A stretch of DNA of 64,000 bases. It comes from Vulcanimicrobiota bacterium. Its GTDB lineage: Bacteria; Vulcanimicrobiota; Vulcanimicrobiia; Vulcanimicrobiales; Vulcanimicrobiaceae. Shown in pieces: positions 1 to 9,750 of the stretch (within the stretch, counting starts at the first letter, position 1; each line of letters opens with the position of its first letter). Where the stretch lies: positions 448,001 to 512,000 of the forward strand of contig CAVZQC010000002.1 of assembly GCA_963777315.1 (NCBI GenBank), given 5' to 3'. The notes under the pieces were generated by a model. The model was not told the DNA's origin and searched no databases. It saw only the letters and a program-made list of their open reading frames with translations. The position numbers and the translations under genes were made by a program.

Positions 1-561
1 TTTCTGTCCGAAGCGCGCTTTACCGGTTTGGTAACGCATTTGTTTGCCATTCGGGCGTTTTTCCCCGACGCGATCGGCTCGACCGCCGAAAGCGCATTAC
101 ATGAAGTTCGCGAAACGCTGCGCGAAACGCTCGACCGGCTGTTCATCAAGCTGCGTTTGCCCAACTACGTGATCGCTCCGCGCGATCTCGAAAGCGCGTC
201 CGCGCGTGCGGCGCTCGAAGCGCTGCTGGGATGCGTGGCGAGCAATGAGCCGGCTCCGCAGCTGGCTGGGTCGGTGATTCTCTCGGGCGCCGGCGACGAG
301 AGCGAACTGCGCGCGCTGCGCGACAGGCTTTCCGAAGCTCCGCTCGCGACGGCGCTGCCGTGGGCGGCTTTGGCGCGCCTTTTGCCCGCCGACGGCGAAG
401 GGTTGAGCCACTATCGCGAGATGCTGGTGAGCGCGCTGGACGAACTCGTGTCGTCGGACGAAACGGCGTTCGTCGACGCGCTGCAGCGGCGCCGGTACTC
501 CGTGCTCGACGCGGCGCTCGACGTGGTGCGCGCGCAACTGGCCAACACCGCGCACGCATGA
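1..561 (+). CDS. 3' end of hypothetical protein; helical C-terminal domain paralogous to that of the 964-4644 protein
   Basis: Frame is open from base 1 (FLSEARFTGLVTHLFAIRAFFP...). It aligns by eye with the C-terminus of 964-4644 (HLFAIRAFFP/HIFAARALLP, LDRLFIKLRLP/LDRFFVRLRMP, APLATALPW/APLGSVLPW). Stop overlaps the next ATG (ATGA). Confidence 0.8.
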   Translation, partial: FLSEARFTGLVTHLFAIRAFFPDAIGSTAESALHEVRETLRETLDRLFIKLRLPNYVIAPRDLESASARAALEALLGCVASNEPAPQLAGSVILSGAGDESELRALRDRLSEAPLATALPWAALARLLPADGEGLSHYREMLVSALDELVSSDETAFVDALQRRRYSVLDAALDVVRAQLANTAHA

Positions 562-962
562 CTTGGGTGTTCGTCGCGCTGGCGGTCGTATTCGCGGTCG
601 GAATCGCTCTTGGCATCTACGCCTGGCGCGCGCCGCGCGCGCACGATCCGGCTCCTGCGCCGGCGCCGCAAGTCGAGCCCTGGAGCGCAACGACCGACTG
701 GACTGCGCAAGCGGGCGCGGAATTTGCCGGTCTGTCCGAGTCGGCCCGCTGCGATCTGATCTTTGCGGTGAGCGATCTGCAGGACGATCGTTCGCACCAG
801 CTGTTGTCGCATGCGCTGGACGATCCGTCCGATGCCGTGGCGCTGGCGGCGGCACATGCTCTGGCGCGGCGCGGTTCGGCAGCCGCCGTGAGTGAATACG
901 CGCAGCGACGTCCCGGCGAGCGCTCCGAACGCATCGTGCAGACGCTCGCGCTGCTCGAATAG
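558..962 (+). CDS. single-pass membrane protein with HEAT-repeat-like C-terminus
   Basis: ATG at 558 overlaps the upstream stop. N-terminal hydrophobic helix MTWVFVALAVVFAVGIALGIYAW; HEAT-like motif LLSHALDDPSDAVALAAAHAL. Confidence 0.75.
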   Translation: MTWVFVALAVVFAVGIALGIYAWRAPRAHDPAPAPAPQVEPWSATTDWTAQAGAEFAGLSESARCDLIFAVSDLQDDRSHQLLSHALDDPSDAVALAAAHALARRGSAAAVSEYAQRRPGERSERIVQTLALLE

Positions 963-963
963 C

Positions 964-3900
964 ATGGCAGCTCAGGATCGCTCCTCGACCGGTGCGCTGA
1001 CGGGCGTATTCGCTCCGGGCTCCCAGCCGCTGCCGGAAACGCTGCGCACGCTAGTTCTTGCGCCGCGCCGTACCGTTTCGCCGGGCGAGGTGATTCGCGC
1101 GGAGTTCGCGTTTTCCAATTTAGGGGGCGCCGCCGCTACGGGCGTACGCGTGCGGTTCGCCAATCCGTCCGGCGCAGCGTACGTCGAAGGAAGCGACACG
1201 GTCGACGAAGCTCCGCTGGCCGACGAGGTACTGGTGGCGAACACCGGTGCGTCGCTGGGCGATCTGCCGCCCGGCGCACAGCGCCGCGTCGCATGCAGTT
1301 TCCGAGTCGGCGAACGTATCGAGGACGGCTCCGAATTGCTGTTTCAAGCCGCGCTCGTTACCGATCAGACCGCCGTGGTGGCCTCGAACGTCGAGCGGCT
1401 TTCCGTTCGCAGCGAACCCCAGCTGCAGAATACTTCGACGCTGGTGACGATTGCGTCCAAAGATCGGCCCAAGCCCGACGACGTCATTCTCGTTCGCGCA
1501 ACGATTGCTAATACGGGCTCGTCGAGCGCGCACGACGTTCTCGCGCTGCTGCCCGTGCCGCAGCATACGCGCTACGTTGCGCGCAGTGCGCGCGTTGCAG
1601 GGCGCGCGCTGATCGATTCCGGCGACGAGCCCTTCGACTATGCCTCCGAGCACGTCGTCGCCGCGCGCTTAGCGCCGGGGCAATCGGTGCACTTGGAGTA
1701 CCAGGCGCGGATCGATTCACCGCTTGCGGACGGTACGCGCATCAAAGTCAGCGGAGCGGTTTCCGCGCGCGAAGTCGGCGAGTTCGACGTACAGTCCGCC
1801 GAAATCGTCGTTTCTTCACCGGCGGACTTTGCCAACGACGAGACTGCGCTCACGATATTTTGCGACGACGTCGTTTCTCCCGGAACGCGAGTGCCGATCT
1901 CCGTGCGCGCGGTGAACGCGGGCACGGGCGATGCGCAAAACGTGTCGATTGGAATCGAACTGCCGGCCGGCATAGCATATACTCCCGGCTCGGCGCACTT
2001 GGACGGACAGCCCGTCAGCGACGAAACATTCGCGGGCGGTACGTTTTCGCTGGGCGCGGTGCCGGCAGGGCGCGCGGTCGACGTCGGTATCTCCGGCATC
2101 GTGGTACTCCAGCACAGCCAGGAACAGCCCATTACGGCGACGCTGCGCTGGAAGGGCCCGGCGGGGGAAACCGGACGCGCCGAGCGCCGCTTTGCGCGCA
2201 CGTTGCGCGTTCGAGTTAGTTCGCGCTTTACCCGTGCGCGTAACTATTTGGAAGTCGATCGCAGCGGCGTTGCCTCGCGTGAAGACGTAACGTTCAGCGC
2301 GCGCGTCTTCAACGATGGAACCGCACCCGAGACCGACGTGCGCATGCGCGTGATCCCCAGCGCGTTTTTGGAGAATATTCGCATAGCCGAATCGGTGGAA
2401 GAGCCGGCGCCGTACGTCGAACCGTTCGTGCTGGGCGTACTGCAGCCGCAAGCGCAGCGAACGTTCACCATTCAAGCGCGCGTCGCCTCGCCCGTTCCCG
2501 ACCGCACGCAGGTTGCGCTCGGGGCAGTGCTCGAGTTTGCGTCCGGCACGTTCGATTTGGGCGTCGCCAACGTGATCGTGCGATCGCGTCCTCACGTCGT
2601 TGCCGGCGCGTGTACGTGGCTGTGCGAGCAGCCCGAACCTCTGCGCCCGGGGCAAACGCACGAGCTGACGATCCGCTTCACCAACGACGGTTCTGACATG
2701 CTGCGGGACGCGCGGCTGGATTTGCTGATGCCGCCCGAATTGGTTCTCGAACGCGCGCAGAACGCGCGCCGCGACGGATCCGCGCTGCTTTTCGGCGACA
2801 TCGCTGCGGAAACGACGCACGAGGCGCGCGTCGGTTTGCGCTTAGCCAGGCCACCGAAACGCGAGCGAAGCCTTACGATCGAAGGAACGCTGTCGGGACG
2901 CGGGATCAGCCCGGTGCAGTTCGATCCGCTCGAAATCGCCACGTTTGCCGAGCCGGAATTCGGACGGGACGCTCAACTGCGGTCCAGTCCCATCGAGAGC
3001 ATCAATGCGGGCGAACGCATCGCGTACGAGGTGCAGATGCGCAACAGCGGCGACGGTCCGGCCGACAGCCTCATCATACGCGCGGTGCCCTCGAATCTGG
3101 CCGTGTACGTTCCGGGCACGACGCAGCTCAACGGCGTGACGATACCCGACGATTTGGGCACGTCGCAGCTGTGGTCGCAGCGCGGTCTGGCGCTCACCGA
3201 CGTGAATCCCGACGTCGAGCTGCGAGTGCGATGGGAGATGCTCGTCATCTCTCCGATTGCCGCCGGAACGCCGATCGATACGCGCGTCGTCCTCGAGTGG
3301 GACGGCAACCATTCGGCGGCGCTGACGGCGCCGACGCTGCACGTATTCTCCGCACCGTCGCTCGCGGCCGGAACCACCGGCACGCCCATTTCCGTCGCGC
3401 AGCTGCTGCCGGTTCTTGAAACGCCCGCGCGCGAATCTATCGTCGCGCCGGTAGCTCCACCGGCCGCACAGCGCGTGCATGAGCCTCCCATTATCGCAGA
3501 GCCCGAGCTCGCAGAGCCCGAGCTCAGAGAACCCGAGCTCAGAGAACCCGAGCCCGCGGAACCCGAGCTCGCAGAGCCCGAACTCGCAGAGCCCGAGCTC
3601 GCTCACGAGTCACCGGTTGTCGCACAGCCCGAGAAAGAAGAGCCGGAACCCGAGCTCGCGCAAGAGCCGCTGGTCGCCGAAGAACCCGAACGAGAAGAAC
3701 CCGAGCTCGCGCAAGAGCCGCCGGTTGTCGAAGAACCCGAGCGAGAAGAGGCCGAGCTGGCGCAAGCGCCGCGCGTTGTCGAAGAACCCGAGATCGCAGA
3801 GCCGGAAATCGCTGGAGAAGAGCAAGTTTTCGAAGGGCCGGAAATCGTGCAGATGCCGCCGGTTTTCGATGAGCCGCTCATTGCACAGCCCCCTGCGGTT

Positions 3901-4644
3901 GCAACGGCGATGGCGCCGGTCCCGTCAGAACCGCCGGCCACGCCGGAAGCGGGCCAAGACGCCGCGCATGCGACGCTGTATTACGATTATTCTCCCGACC
4001 AACTCGCTCGAACGATCCGTACGCTGGAGCGAACCGACGCCGGCGGCCTCATTGCGCATATCTTCGCCGCGCGCGCGCTCTTGCCCAACGCGCTGGCGGG
4101 AGCCGATCCCAAAACTGCGCAGACGATGGAGAATGCGGCGATCGCGCTGCGAGCTCCGCTGGATCGCTTTTTCGTGCGGCTGCGCATGCCGCGTCTTGCC
4201 GTTACGGCCAAAGATTTGGAAGACCGCGAGAGCCGCTCGGCATTGCGCGCATTGGTCGACGCTGCGATCGGGGCGCAGCCTTTTGCCGCGGAGCAGCGCG
4301 GTTCCGGCGTCGTACGGTTATTGGGCGCGCTCGATCCGAACGTGCTGCGCGAGCGCATGCCGGAACTTGAATCGGCGCCGTTGGGGTCGGTCTTACCATG
4401 GAGCATCAACGCACAGCTGCTCGGCACGCGAATCGAGTACGACGGTTCCGCGGACGAGCCGGGCAGCAGCGAAGTATTGGGCATGTACCGCAACGAGCTC
4501 ATCGACGTCTTCAACGTGCTTGAAACCCTTCCGCTGCCGGAGTTTCATCGCGTCCTGAGCTCGAGCGTCAATCGAACGCTCGACGATGCACTAGGCGCGG
4601 TGCTCGATGCGTTGCGCACGGCCGCTCACGTTGTCGCCGGTTAG
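964..4644 (+). CDS. large DUF11-like (Ig-like repeat) protein with Glu/Pro-rich linker and helical C-terminal domain
   Basis: About six repeats of the type PG..I...(F/V)xNxG...A.xV......PxxxxY(V/T)xG(S/T), followed by EPELA repeats and a C-terminal domain shared with the 1-561 protein. ATG 964 lies 1 nt after the upstream stop. No obvious signal peptide. Confidence 0.8.
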   Translation: MAAQDRSSTGALTGVFAPGSQPLPETLRTLVLAPRRTVSPGEVIRAEFAFSNLGGAAATGVRVRFANPSGAAYVEGSDTVDEAPLADEVLVANTGASLGDLPPGAQRRVACSFRVGERIEDGSELLFQAALVTDQTAVVASNVERLSVRSEPQLQNTSTLVTIASKDRPKPDDVILVRATIANTGSSSAHDVLALLPVPQHTRYVARSARVAGRALIDSGDEPFDYASEHVVAARLAPGQSVHLEYQARIDSPLADGTRIKVSGAVSAREVGEFDVQSAEIVVSSPADFANDETALTIFCDDVVSPGTRVPISVRAVNAGTGDAQNVSIGIELPAGIAYTPGSAHLDGQPVSDETFAGGTFSLGAVPAGRAVDVGISGIVVLQHSQEQPITATLRWKGPAGETGRAERRFARTLRVRVSSRFTRARNYLEVDRSGVASREDVTFSARVFNDGTAPETDVRMRVIPSAFLENIRIAESVEEPAPYVEPFVLGVLQPQAQRTFTIQARVASPVPDRTQVALGAVLEFASGTFDLGVANVIVRSRPHVVAGACTWLCEQPEPLRPGQTHELTIRFTNDGSDMLRDARLDLLMPPELVLERAQNARRDGSALLFGDIAAETTHEARVGLRLARPPKRERSLTIEGTLSGRGISPVQFDPLEIATFAEPEFGRDAQLRSSPIESINAGERIAYEVQMRNSGDGPADSLIIRAVPSNLAVYVPGTTQLNGVTIPDDLGTSQLWSQRGLALTDVNPDVELRVRWEMLVISPIAAGTPIDTRVVLEWDGNHSAALTAPTLHVFSAPSLAAGTTGTPISVAQLLPVLETPARESIVAPVAPPAAQRVHEPPIIAEPELAEPELREPELREPEPAEPELAEPELAEPELAHESPVVAQPEKEEPEPELAQEPLVAEEPEREEPELAQEPPVVEEPEREEAELAQAPRVVEEPEIAEPEIAGEEQVFEGPEIVQMPPVFDEPLIAQPPAVATAMAPVPSEPPATPEAGQDAAHATLYYDYSPDQLARTIRTLERTDAGGLIAHIFAARALLPNALAGADPKTAQTMENAAIALRAPLDRFFVRLRMPRLAVTAKDLEDRESRSALRALVDAAIGAQPFAAEQRGSGVVRLLGALDPNVLRERMPELESAPLGSVLPWSINAQLLGTRIEYDGSADEPGSSEVLGMYRNELIDVFNVLETLPLPEFHRVLSSSVNRTLDDALGAVLDALRTAAHVVAG
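3496..3810 (+). repeat. intragenic tandem repeats: 7 x 15 bp ((A/R)EPE(L/P)), then ~51-bp degenerate units (EPELAQEPxVxEEPERE)
   Basis: gcagagcccgagctc and variants are tandem over 3496-3600; longer gaacccgagctcgcgcaagagccg... units follow. Confidence 0.9.
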
Positions 4645-4933
4645 TTGGGACGTCGCCATCGGTCTGGCCTTCGTGGTCGGATTACTGCTGCTGGGAATCA
4701 GTGCCTCGATGCTGCGAACAATCCGCTCGAGCGATCATGCCGGAAACGGTGCTCAGTGGCCGCAACTCGTCGATGAAGAACTCACCGGGGCCGGCAAATC
4801 GCTGCGGTTGGACATCGTCGAACGCTTGAGCTTAGTGGACAATGGCTGGAGCCGCGGAATTTTGGAGCGTGCGCGTACGCAGGAACGGGATCCCGACGTG
4901 CGCGCCGTGATCGACAAGGCGCTTTCGACTTAA
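4631..4933 (+). CDS. single-pass membrane protein, paralog of 558-962
   Basis: TM segment VAIGLAFVVGLLLLGISA, then W.....E..G...S.R.D....S pattern matching 558-962. Start uncertain (TTG 4631, overlapping the upstream stop). Confidence 0.7.
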   Translation: MSPVSWDVAIGLAFVVGLLLLGISASMLRTIRSSDHAGNGAQWPQLVDEELTGAGKSLRLDIVERLSLVDNGWSRGILERARTQERDPDVRAVIDKALST

Positions 4934-5754
4934 CGAAACAGCGCGTTGAGTTCGGAATGCGAGATGCGATCCGCGATACGTTCGAACGTTCCGTCTTTGT
5001 GTATTCCGCGCGCAAAATTGCGAAAAGCTGCCAGCGCGACTCCAATCGTCGCTGAACCCAGGCTCACGCGTGCGACGCCGAGTTTGCGCAGTCGCGAGAG
5101 CGGCGGCGTCGCGGCTCCCGCTAGGACGTTGAGCGGACCCTCGATGCGCTCGGCCAGCGCAGCGATCGTTTTTTCATCGGTTACGCCCGGTACGAACGCG
5201 CAGGCGGCACCGGCTTGCAAAAAGGCGTTCGCGCGCGCAATCGCTTCTTCCAACCGCCATTCATCGTTATCGCCCGCTTCGGCGAGAAAAACGTCCGTGC
5301 GCGCGTTGACGACCAGCGGTACGCCCATCTCATCGCCGGCGGCAACGATGGCCGCGATGCGGCGGCATTGCAGCTCCCGATCGATCAGCGGCAGTCGTTC
5401 GCGCGAGGCATCCTCGAAATTCAATCCCACGGCGCCCGCATGGACGGCGCCGCGCGCCGTGAGCGCCGCGGCCTCCACGCTGCTGCCGTAGCCGGATTCC
5501 AGATCGGCCGATACCGGAACGTCCACGGCGGCCGCGATGCTGCGCACGCCTTCGAGCATTTTTTCTCGCGGGATGTGCTCGCCGTCGGCAAACCCTGCGG
5601 AAAACGCCACGCCGGCGCTCGTGGTCGCTACGGCGGAAAAGCCCAGTTCCTCGACGATCCGCGCGCTGACGGCGTCCCACGCGTTGACCAAAACGAGCGG
5701 CTCGCCGGGCTTGTGCATTGCGCGCAGTTCCCGAGCTTTCTCCGCTTGCTTCAT
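4930..5754 (-). CDS. isocitrate lyase/phosphoenolpyruvate mutase family protein
   Basis: Motifs NAWDAVSAR, ATTSAG, PVSADLESGY, GLNFED, VNARTDVF. GGAGG RBS upstream. Confidence 0.92.
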   Translation of the reverse strand: MKQAEKARELRAMHKPGEPLVLVNAWDAVSARIVEELGFSAVATTSAGVAFSAGFADGEHIPREKMLEGVRSIAAAVDVPVSADLESGYGSSVEAAALTARGAVHAGAVGLNFEDASRERLPLIDRELQCRRIAAIVAAGDEMGVPLVVNARTDVFLAEAGDNDEWRLEEAIARANAFLQAGAACAFVPGVTDEKTIAALAERIEGPLNVLAGAATPPLSRLRKLGVARVSLGSATIGVALAAFRNFARGIHKDGTFERIADRISHSELNALFR

Positions 5755-6037
5755 GCGCAGATGTCCTCCATTCTAACAAGAGCCGTTTCGCGACGGCTGC
5801 TCTTCGCTCCGTCTGTGCCGTTCGTGCATGAGATTCGCAACCTCGTCGGAATACAACGAAGTCTATAGCGCAGCATTGGTCTGGCCAATTTGGAAAGTAT
5901 AATGTGACGACTCGTGTTGTCGCGCCTTCAGGTGGGGGCCTATCCCAAGGGCGATCCATAAGGAGTCGAGCTGCCGACGAAACTGCAACGTCTCGGAACG
6001 TCTCGGTGTCATTCAAGAACGCGGTCGATTCAGAGCG

Positions 6038-6508
6038 CTAAGAACGTGGGAGCACCTGCACGAAATAATGAACGATACGGCACGATACGCATCGTTCTTT
6101 GAACTTCGGTAGTTTGAGTTCAATGCTCGCGCTCGCCCTACCCATTCTCCGAGCAACAAACGCCTCTGCGTGATCCCCGTCGGCATTCATTCCTTCGATG
6201 CGACAAAAGGGCATCTTGGCATTGGCGGAACAATTGAGGTCACGCCGAAGATCTCGGCGATCAATTTGACGAATACCGATTCTGTGAAGTGCATCACCTG
6301 ACTCGCTAACGGCTGCGCCGGCGTCGTACAGTGGCAGCAGTACGATATCGCCGATCCTTAGAGTGGTCGTCTGTTCGGGTAGCGCTACAACGGTTGACGC
6401 TATCGCGACTTGTCTGCTTACAGAAAGGAGCAGAACACACGCCGTCGCTGCGGTTAACGTTTCATTAAGAACTCCAATCGGGCCCGAACCCCACATAGTT
6501 TTCTCCAC
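6038..6508 (-). CDS. hypothetical protein, possibly secreted
   Basis: 156-aa ORF in an AT-richer islet, with a hydrophobic N-terminal stretch and C-terminal CVSCRIVHYFVQV. Start uncertain. Confidence 0.45.
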   Translation of the reverse strand: MEKTMWGSGPIGVLNETLTAATACVLLLSVSRQVAIASTVVALPEQTTTLRIGDIVLLPLYDAGAAVSESGDALHRIGIRQIDRRDLRRDLNCSANAKMPFCRIEGMNADGDHAEAFVARRMGRASASIELKLPKFKERCVSCRIVHYFVQVLPRS

Positions 6509-7081
6509 CTCGTCCTCCGAACTTCAAACGACCCGAACGCCGCGGGTATTCATCTGCGGATCCGGCCAAAGGAGCTTGGATTAGGCGACCGTGAGTCTGA
6601 GCGGCTTGGGTGCTTGTGAAGTATATCCGGGTGTAGGCGCATGCAAACGTTACCTGTGCAAACTCCTCAGGCGACGCCGAATCTAGTTTGTTCCACCCTC
6701 TTGCATTTAACGGAATATGAGGGCGCACTGCAGCCCGATGATCTATTTCGGATTGACGTCCGGCTTTGTAGAGGCGAGGGGCTCTGGACCGCCACTTCGT
6801 AAAGTGGCCACCGCTAGCTCGGCGTTTGGGCGCCGTACCGCTCGCGCAGTTTGGATGAATTGAGACACATCCTATACCGAGGAAGTTCGGACCAATGTAG
6901 AAAGCGGCCTCAGGGCGACGGCAAGAGACGCGCGGCGCCCTGTAGAGGAGCGTCTAAGAGCTGGGACCCGCAGTTCGACAGCGCGCTAAGCGGTGACTCC
7001 GATCCACCGAAGGCGCAGCAACCCTCAGAAGGAGCGTATGTTGGAACGATGTACTCGACCGTTCTATTTGAAAGAGCCGTA

Positions 7082-7477
7082 ATGCGCGATAAGAGTCTTG
7101 TTTCATCGATTATTGCTTTTAGAGCGCTAAATTTTCTGGTTGAGCGTTTTGCGCTAAAGCTCAGCAGCGAAAGTTTAACCGTCCTTGCAGGTGAAATGGA
7201 GCCGGCGGCTGGCCATCCCGCCGGCGATCCCGCTCTATGGGAAACCTGGAAAGATCTTTGGGGCACGCAATCATTACGAAGTGAAGAAGAAGCATCAAAA
7301 GTTGCTGCTGGCTTCATGCTTCGCGAAGGAGACTGGGGAAGCGACGACGCGCATCTCATTATAGCGCAAAAGCTCAAAGAATGCGAAAACGATTGCGATG
7401 TGCGGGACGAGTGGGGCTACGCGTTAGACAAATCAAGGAATCTAGCGGATGCGCGAGTTTGGAATCCAACCGAGTGA
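7082..7477 (+). CDS. hypothetical protein (immunity-protein-like, DPAxWxxW motif)
   Basis: AT-rich ORF. Likely ATG at 7082 overlaps a TAA (TAATG); acidic and helical, containing GDPALWETW. Confidence 0.5.
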   Translation: MRDKSLVSSIIAFRALNFLVERFALKLSSESLTVLAGEMEPAAGHPAGDPALWETWKDLWGTQSLRSEEEASKVAAGFMLREGDWGSDDAHLIIAQKLKECENDCDVRDEWGYALDKSRNLADARVWNPTE

Positions 7478-7881
7478 ATTTGATCCCGATTCCGTGGATG
7501 CTTCCCGCTTGGTCGGAGTGAAGCTCGCCCGCTTTCGTGGACATTTCCGTTTCGGCGGAAAAGGGTGCTGAGCCTTACCCGTTTCGTAGATCGAGAACGA
7601 TCCGTGGAAAAACCGGCTTGTGAGCTATTTCGATGTATATCTGCTGAAGTTGCCCGGCTTCCGTGGATAGCTTGGATTGGAAAGTTCTGCCGCGGTTTCC
7701 CGCTCAAAGACCGCCGGCGGTATCGCATCTTAGCCGGAACTCTAGGAGGTAGGCTCGACGATGTTTCTTGGCCATTGGTGGCCCCTTCTCCGAAAGTTGA
7801 AAGTGTCCACGCGATCCAAGTCAGCTTCAGACCGCGAAAAATCGGTCGTTGATTTCGAATCTCAAGCGTATAGGAACGACC

Positions 7882-9750
7882 TCAGGATCCGGATGCCTTC
7901 TTGTTGAAATACTCGACCATAATCTCGCGCGCGATCGGCGCAGCCACCTGCGCGCCGTAACCGCCGGAGCGATCGACGAACACCGCCATCGCGATCTTGG
8001 CATGCTTTGCCGGCGCGTACGCGACGAACCAGGTAGTATTCGGCCCGGAACCGCCCGCCGTTTCGGCCGTGCCCGTTTTGCCGCCGAACGGCAAACCATC
8101 TATCGCAAGCCCATACGCTGTTCCCCACGGCTGCGTTACCTGATCCATGCCCGCGCGCACCGCTTTGAGCGCTTCTTGCGTCACCGCGACGTGCCGGATG
8201 ATTTGCGCACCGAACGTCTTGACGATGCGGCCGTTGCGATCCCGGATCTGTCCGACGATTTGTGGCTTGTAGAGCGTACCGCCGTTGACTACAGCCGATT
8301 CCACGTTGGCCATCTGCAGCGGCGTGGCTTGCAGCGCTCCCTGGCCAATCGCTAAACTGCACACGTCCGACGGTTCCAACGGAAGGCCCGCGACTTTGAG
8401 CATCCACGCGTTCGTCGGGTAATTGCCGGCGAATTCACCCGGAAGGTCGATGCCGGTCTTTTGCCCGATGCCGAACGAACGCGCGTATTTGCGCAGCCGC
8501 TCGTTCCCGAGGCGATATCCCATTTGATAGAAGTATCCGTCCGACGAAGCGGCCAGCGCGTGGACGAACTGGGTGGTGCCCAAGCCGCCCGAGGCGATGT
8601 CTTCGAATTCCGCGCCGTAGCAATTCCACGCGCCGCTGTCGTACACGTTCTCGTTCACCTTGACCACGCCCGAACTGATGGCGGCGGATCCCGTGACCAT
8701 TTTGAACGTCGAACCCGTCGGCGTAGCCGCTTCGATCGCTCGGTTGAACAGCGGCTGCGACGGATCGAGCAGGTAATGCGCTACCTTCTTGTTGTCGTCG
8801 GATGCAAAGGCGTTGGGATCGAATCCCGGATAGCTGGCCAGGGCGAGCACTTTGCCAGACCACGGATCCAAAATGGCGACCGCCCCGCTCACTTGGCGTT
8901 TTCCGCCGGTCCAGCTGTGAATGCCGTTTGCCAGCGCGCGTTCCGTAATCGCCTGCAGGCGCCAATCCAAATTGAGGATCAAGCTGTCGCCCGCGGCCGG
9001 TTGTTTGGACGGCAGCTTGATGCCGGGAACGACTTGGTTTTGCGAATCGACGACGATGCGCTGGCCGCCCGGATCGCCGCGCAGATACCGATCGTATTGA
9101 TATTCGATGCCGTCCTTGCCGATCACGTCGTTCATCGAATAGCCCTGACTGCGCCGCTTTTTGTATTCGTCCGGCGTGATTTGACCCACGTAACCGAAGA
9201 CGGCTGAGCCCAGCGAACCGTGCGGATAATCGCGCACGGCCTGCACCTCTAAGTCGACGCCGGGCAAATCGTTGAGTATTTCCGACAGCCGGCTCACCTT
9301 CGCAACGGGAATGTCCGTAGCCAAAATCACCGGGCCGTACGGCTCGTATGCGGCGACTTGCTCGAACGACGTATAGTTTACGCCGTGATGGTGCAGCAGC
9401 TGATCGCGCAGCTTGCGTGCGGGCACGCCGATCGTTCCGGCAACGGTGTCGAGCTCGGCGCGAATGTCTCTGACCTCGGAGGGAATAAGCGCGACGACGA
9501 ACGACGGACGGCTGCGAACCACCACGTTGCCGTTGCGATCGTAGATTAACCCGCGGGGCGCAGCGACGGGAATCAGCCGCACTTGATTGGCTTGCGCGGC
9601 GGCGCGATACTCTTGACCGTGGACGAGCTGCACTTGGACCAGTCTTGCGACCAGCGCGATCAGCGCCAGGACGAACGCCACGACGAAAACCGCGATCCGC
9701 GGCGTTGAATACTGCCACGGCACGGGCCGGCTTTGCCGGCCGGTCTTCAT
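7882..9750 (-). CDS. mrdA: penicillin-binding protein 2
   Basis: APRGLIYDRNG dimerisation motif, catalytic STFK, SSD and KTGT motifs. Lies downstream of mreCD; ATG 9750 overlaps the mreD stop. Confidence 0.95.
   Translation of the reverse strand: MKTGRQSRPVPWQYSTPRIAVFVVAFVLALIALVARLVQVQLVHGQEYRAAAQANQVRLIPVAAPRGLIYDRNGNVVVRSRPSFVVALIPSEVRDIRAELDTVAGTIGVPARKLRDQLLHHHGVNYTSFEQVAAYEPYGPVILATDIPVAKVSRLSEILNDLPGVDLEVQAVRDYPHGSLGSAVFGYVGQITPDEYKKRRSQGYSMNDVIGKDGIEYQYDRYLRGDPGGQRIVVDSQNQVVPGIKLPSKQPAAGDSLILNLDWRLQAITERALANGIHSWTGGKRQVSGAVAILDPWSGKVLALASYPGFDPNAFASDDNKKVAHYLLDPSQPLFNRAIEAATPTGSTFKMVTGSAAISSGVVKVNENVYDSGAWNCYGAEFEDIASGGLGTTQFVHALAASSDGYFYQMGYRLGNERLRKYARSFGIGQKTGIDLPGEFAGNYPTNAWMLKVAGLPLEPSDVCSLAIGQGALQATPLQMANVESAVVNGGTLYKPQIVGQIRDRNGRIVKTFGAQIIRHVAVTQEALKAVRAGMDQVTQPWGTAYGLAIDGLPFGGKTGTAETAGGSGPNTTWFVAYAPAKHAKIAMAVFVDRSGGYGAQVAAPIAREIMVEYFNKKASGS

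Noticed and set aside
5330..6040. Stop-codon read-through joining 6038-6508 to the in-frame ORF 5330-6016
   Set aside because: The downstream frame mostly overlaps the PEP-mutase gene out of frame and looks non-coding; in-frame adjacency is expected by chance.
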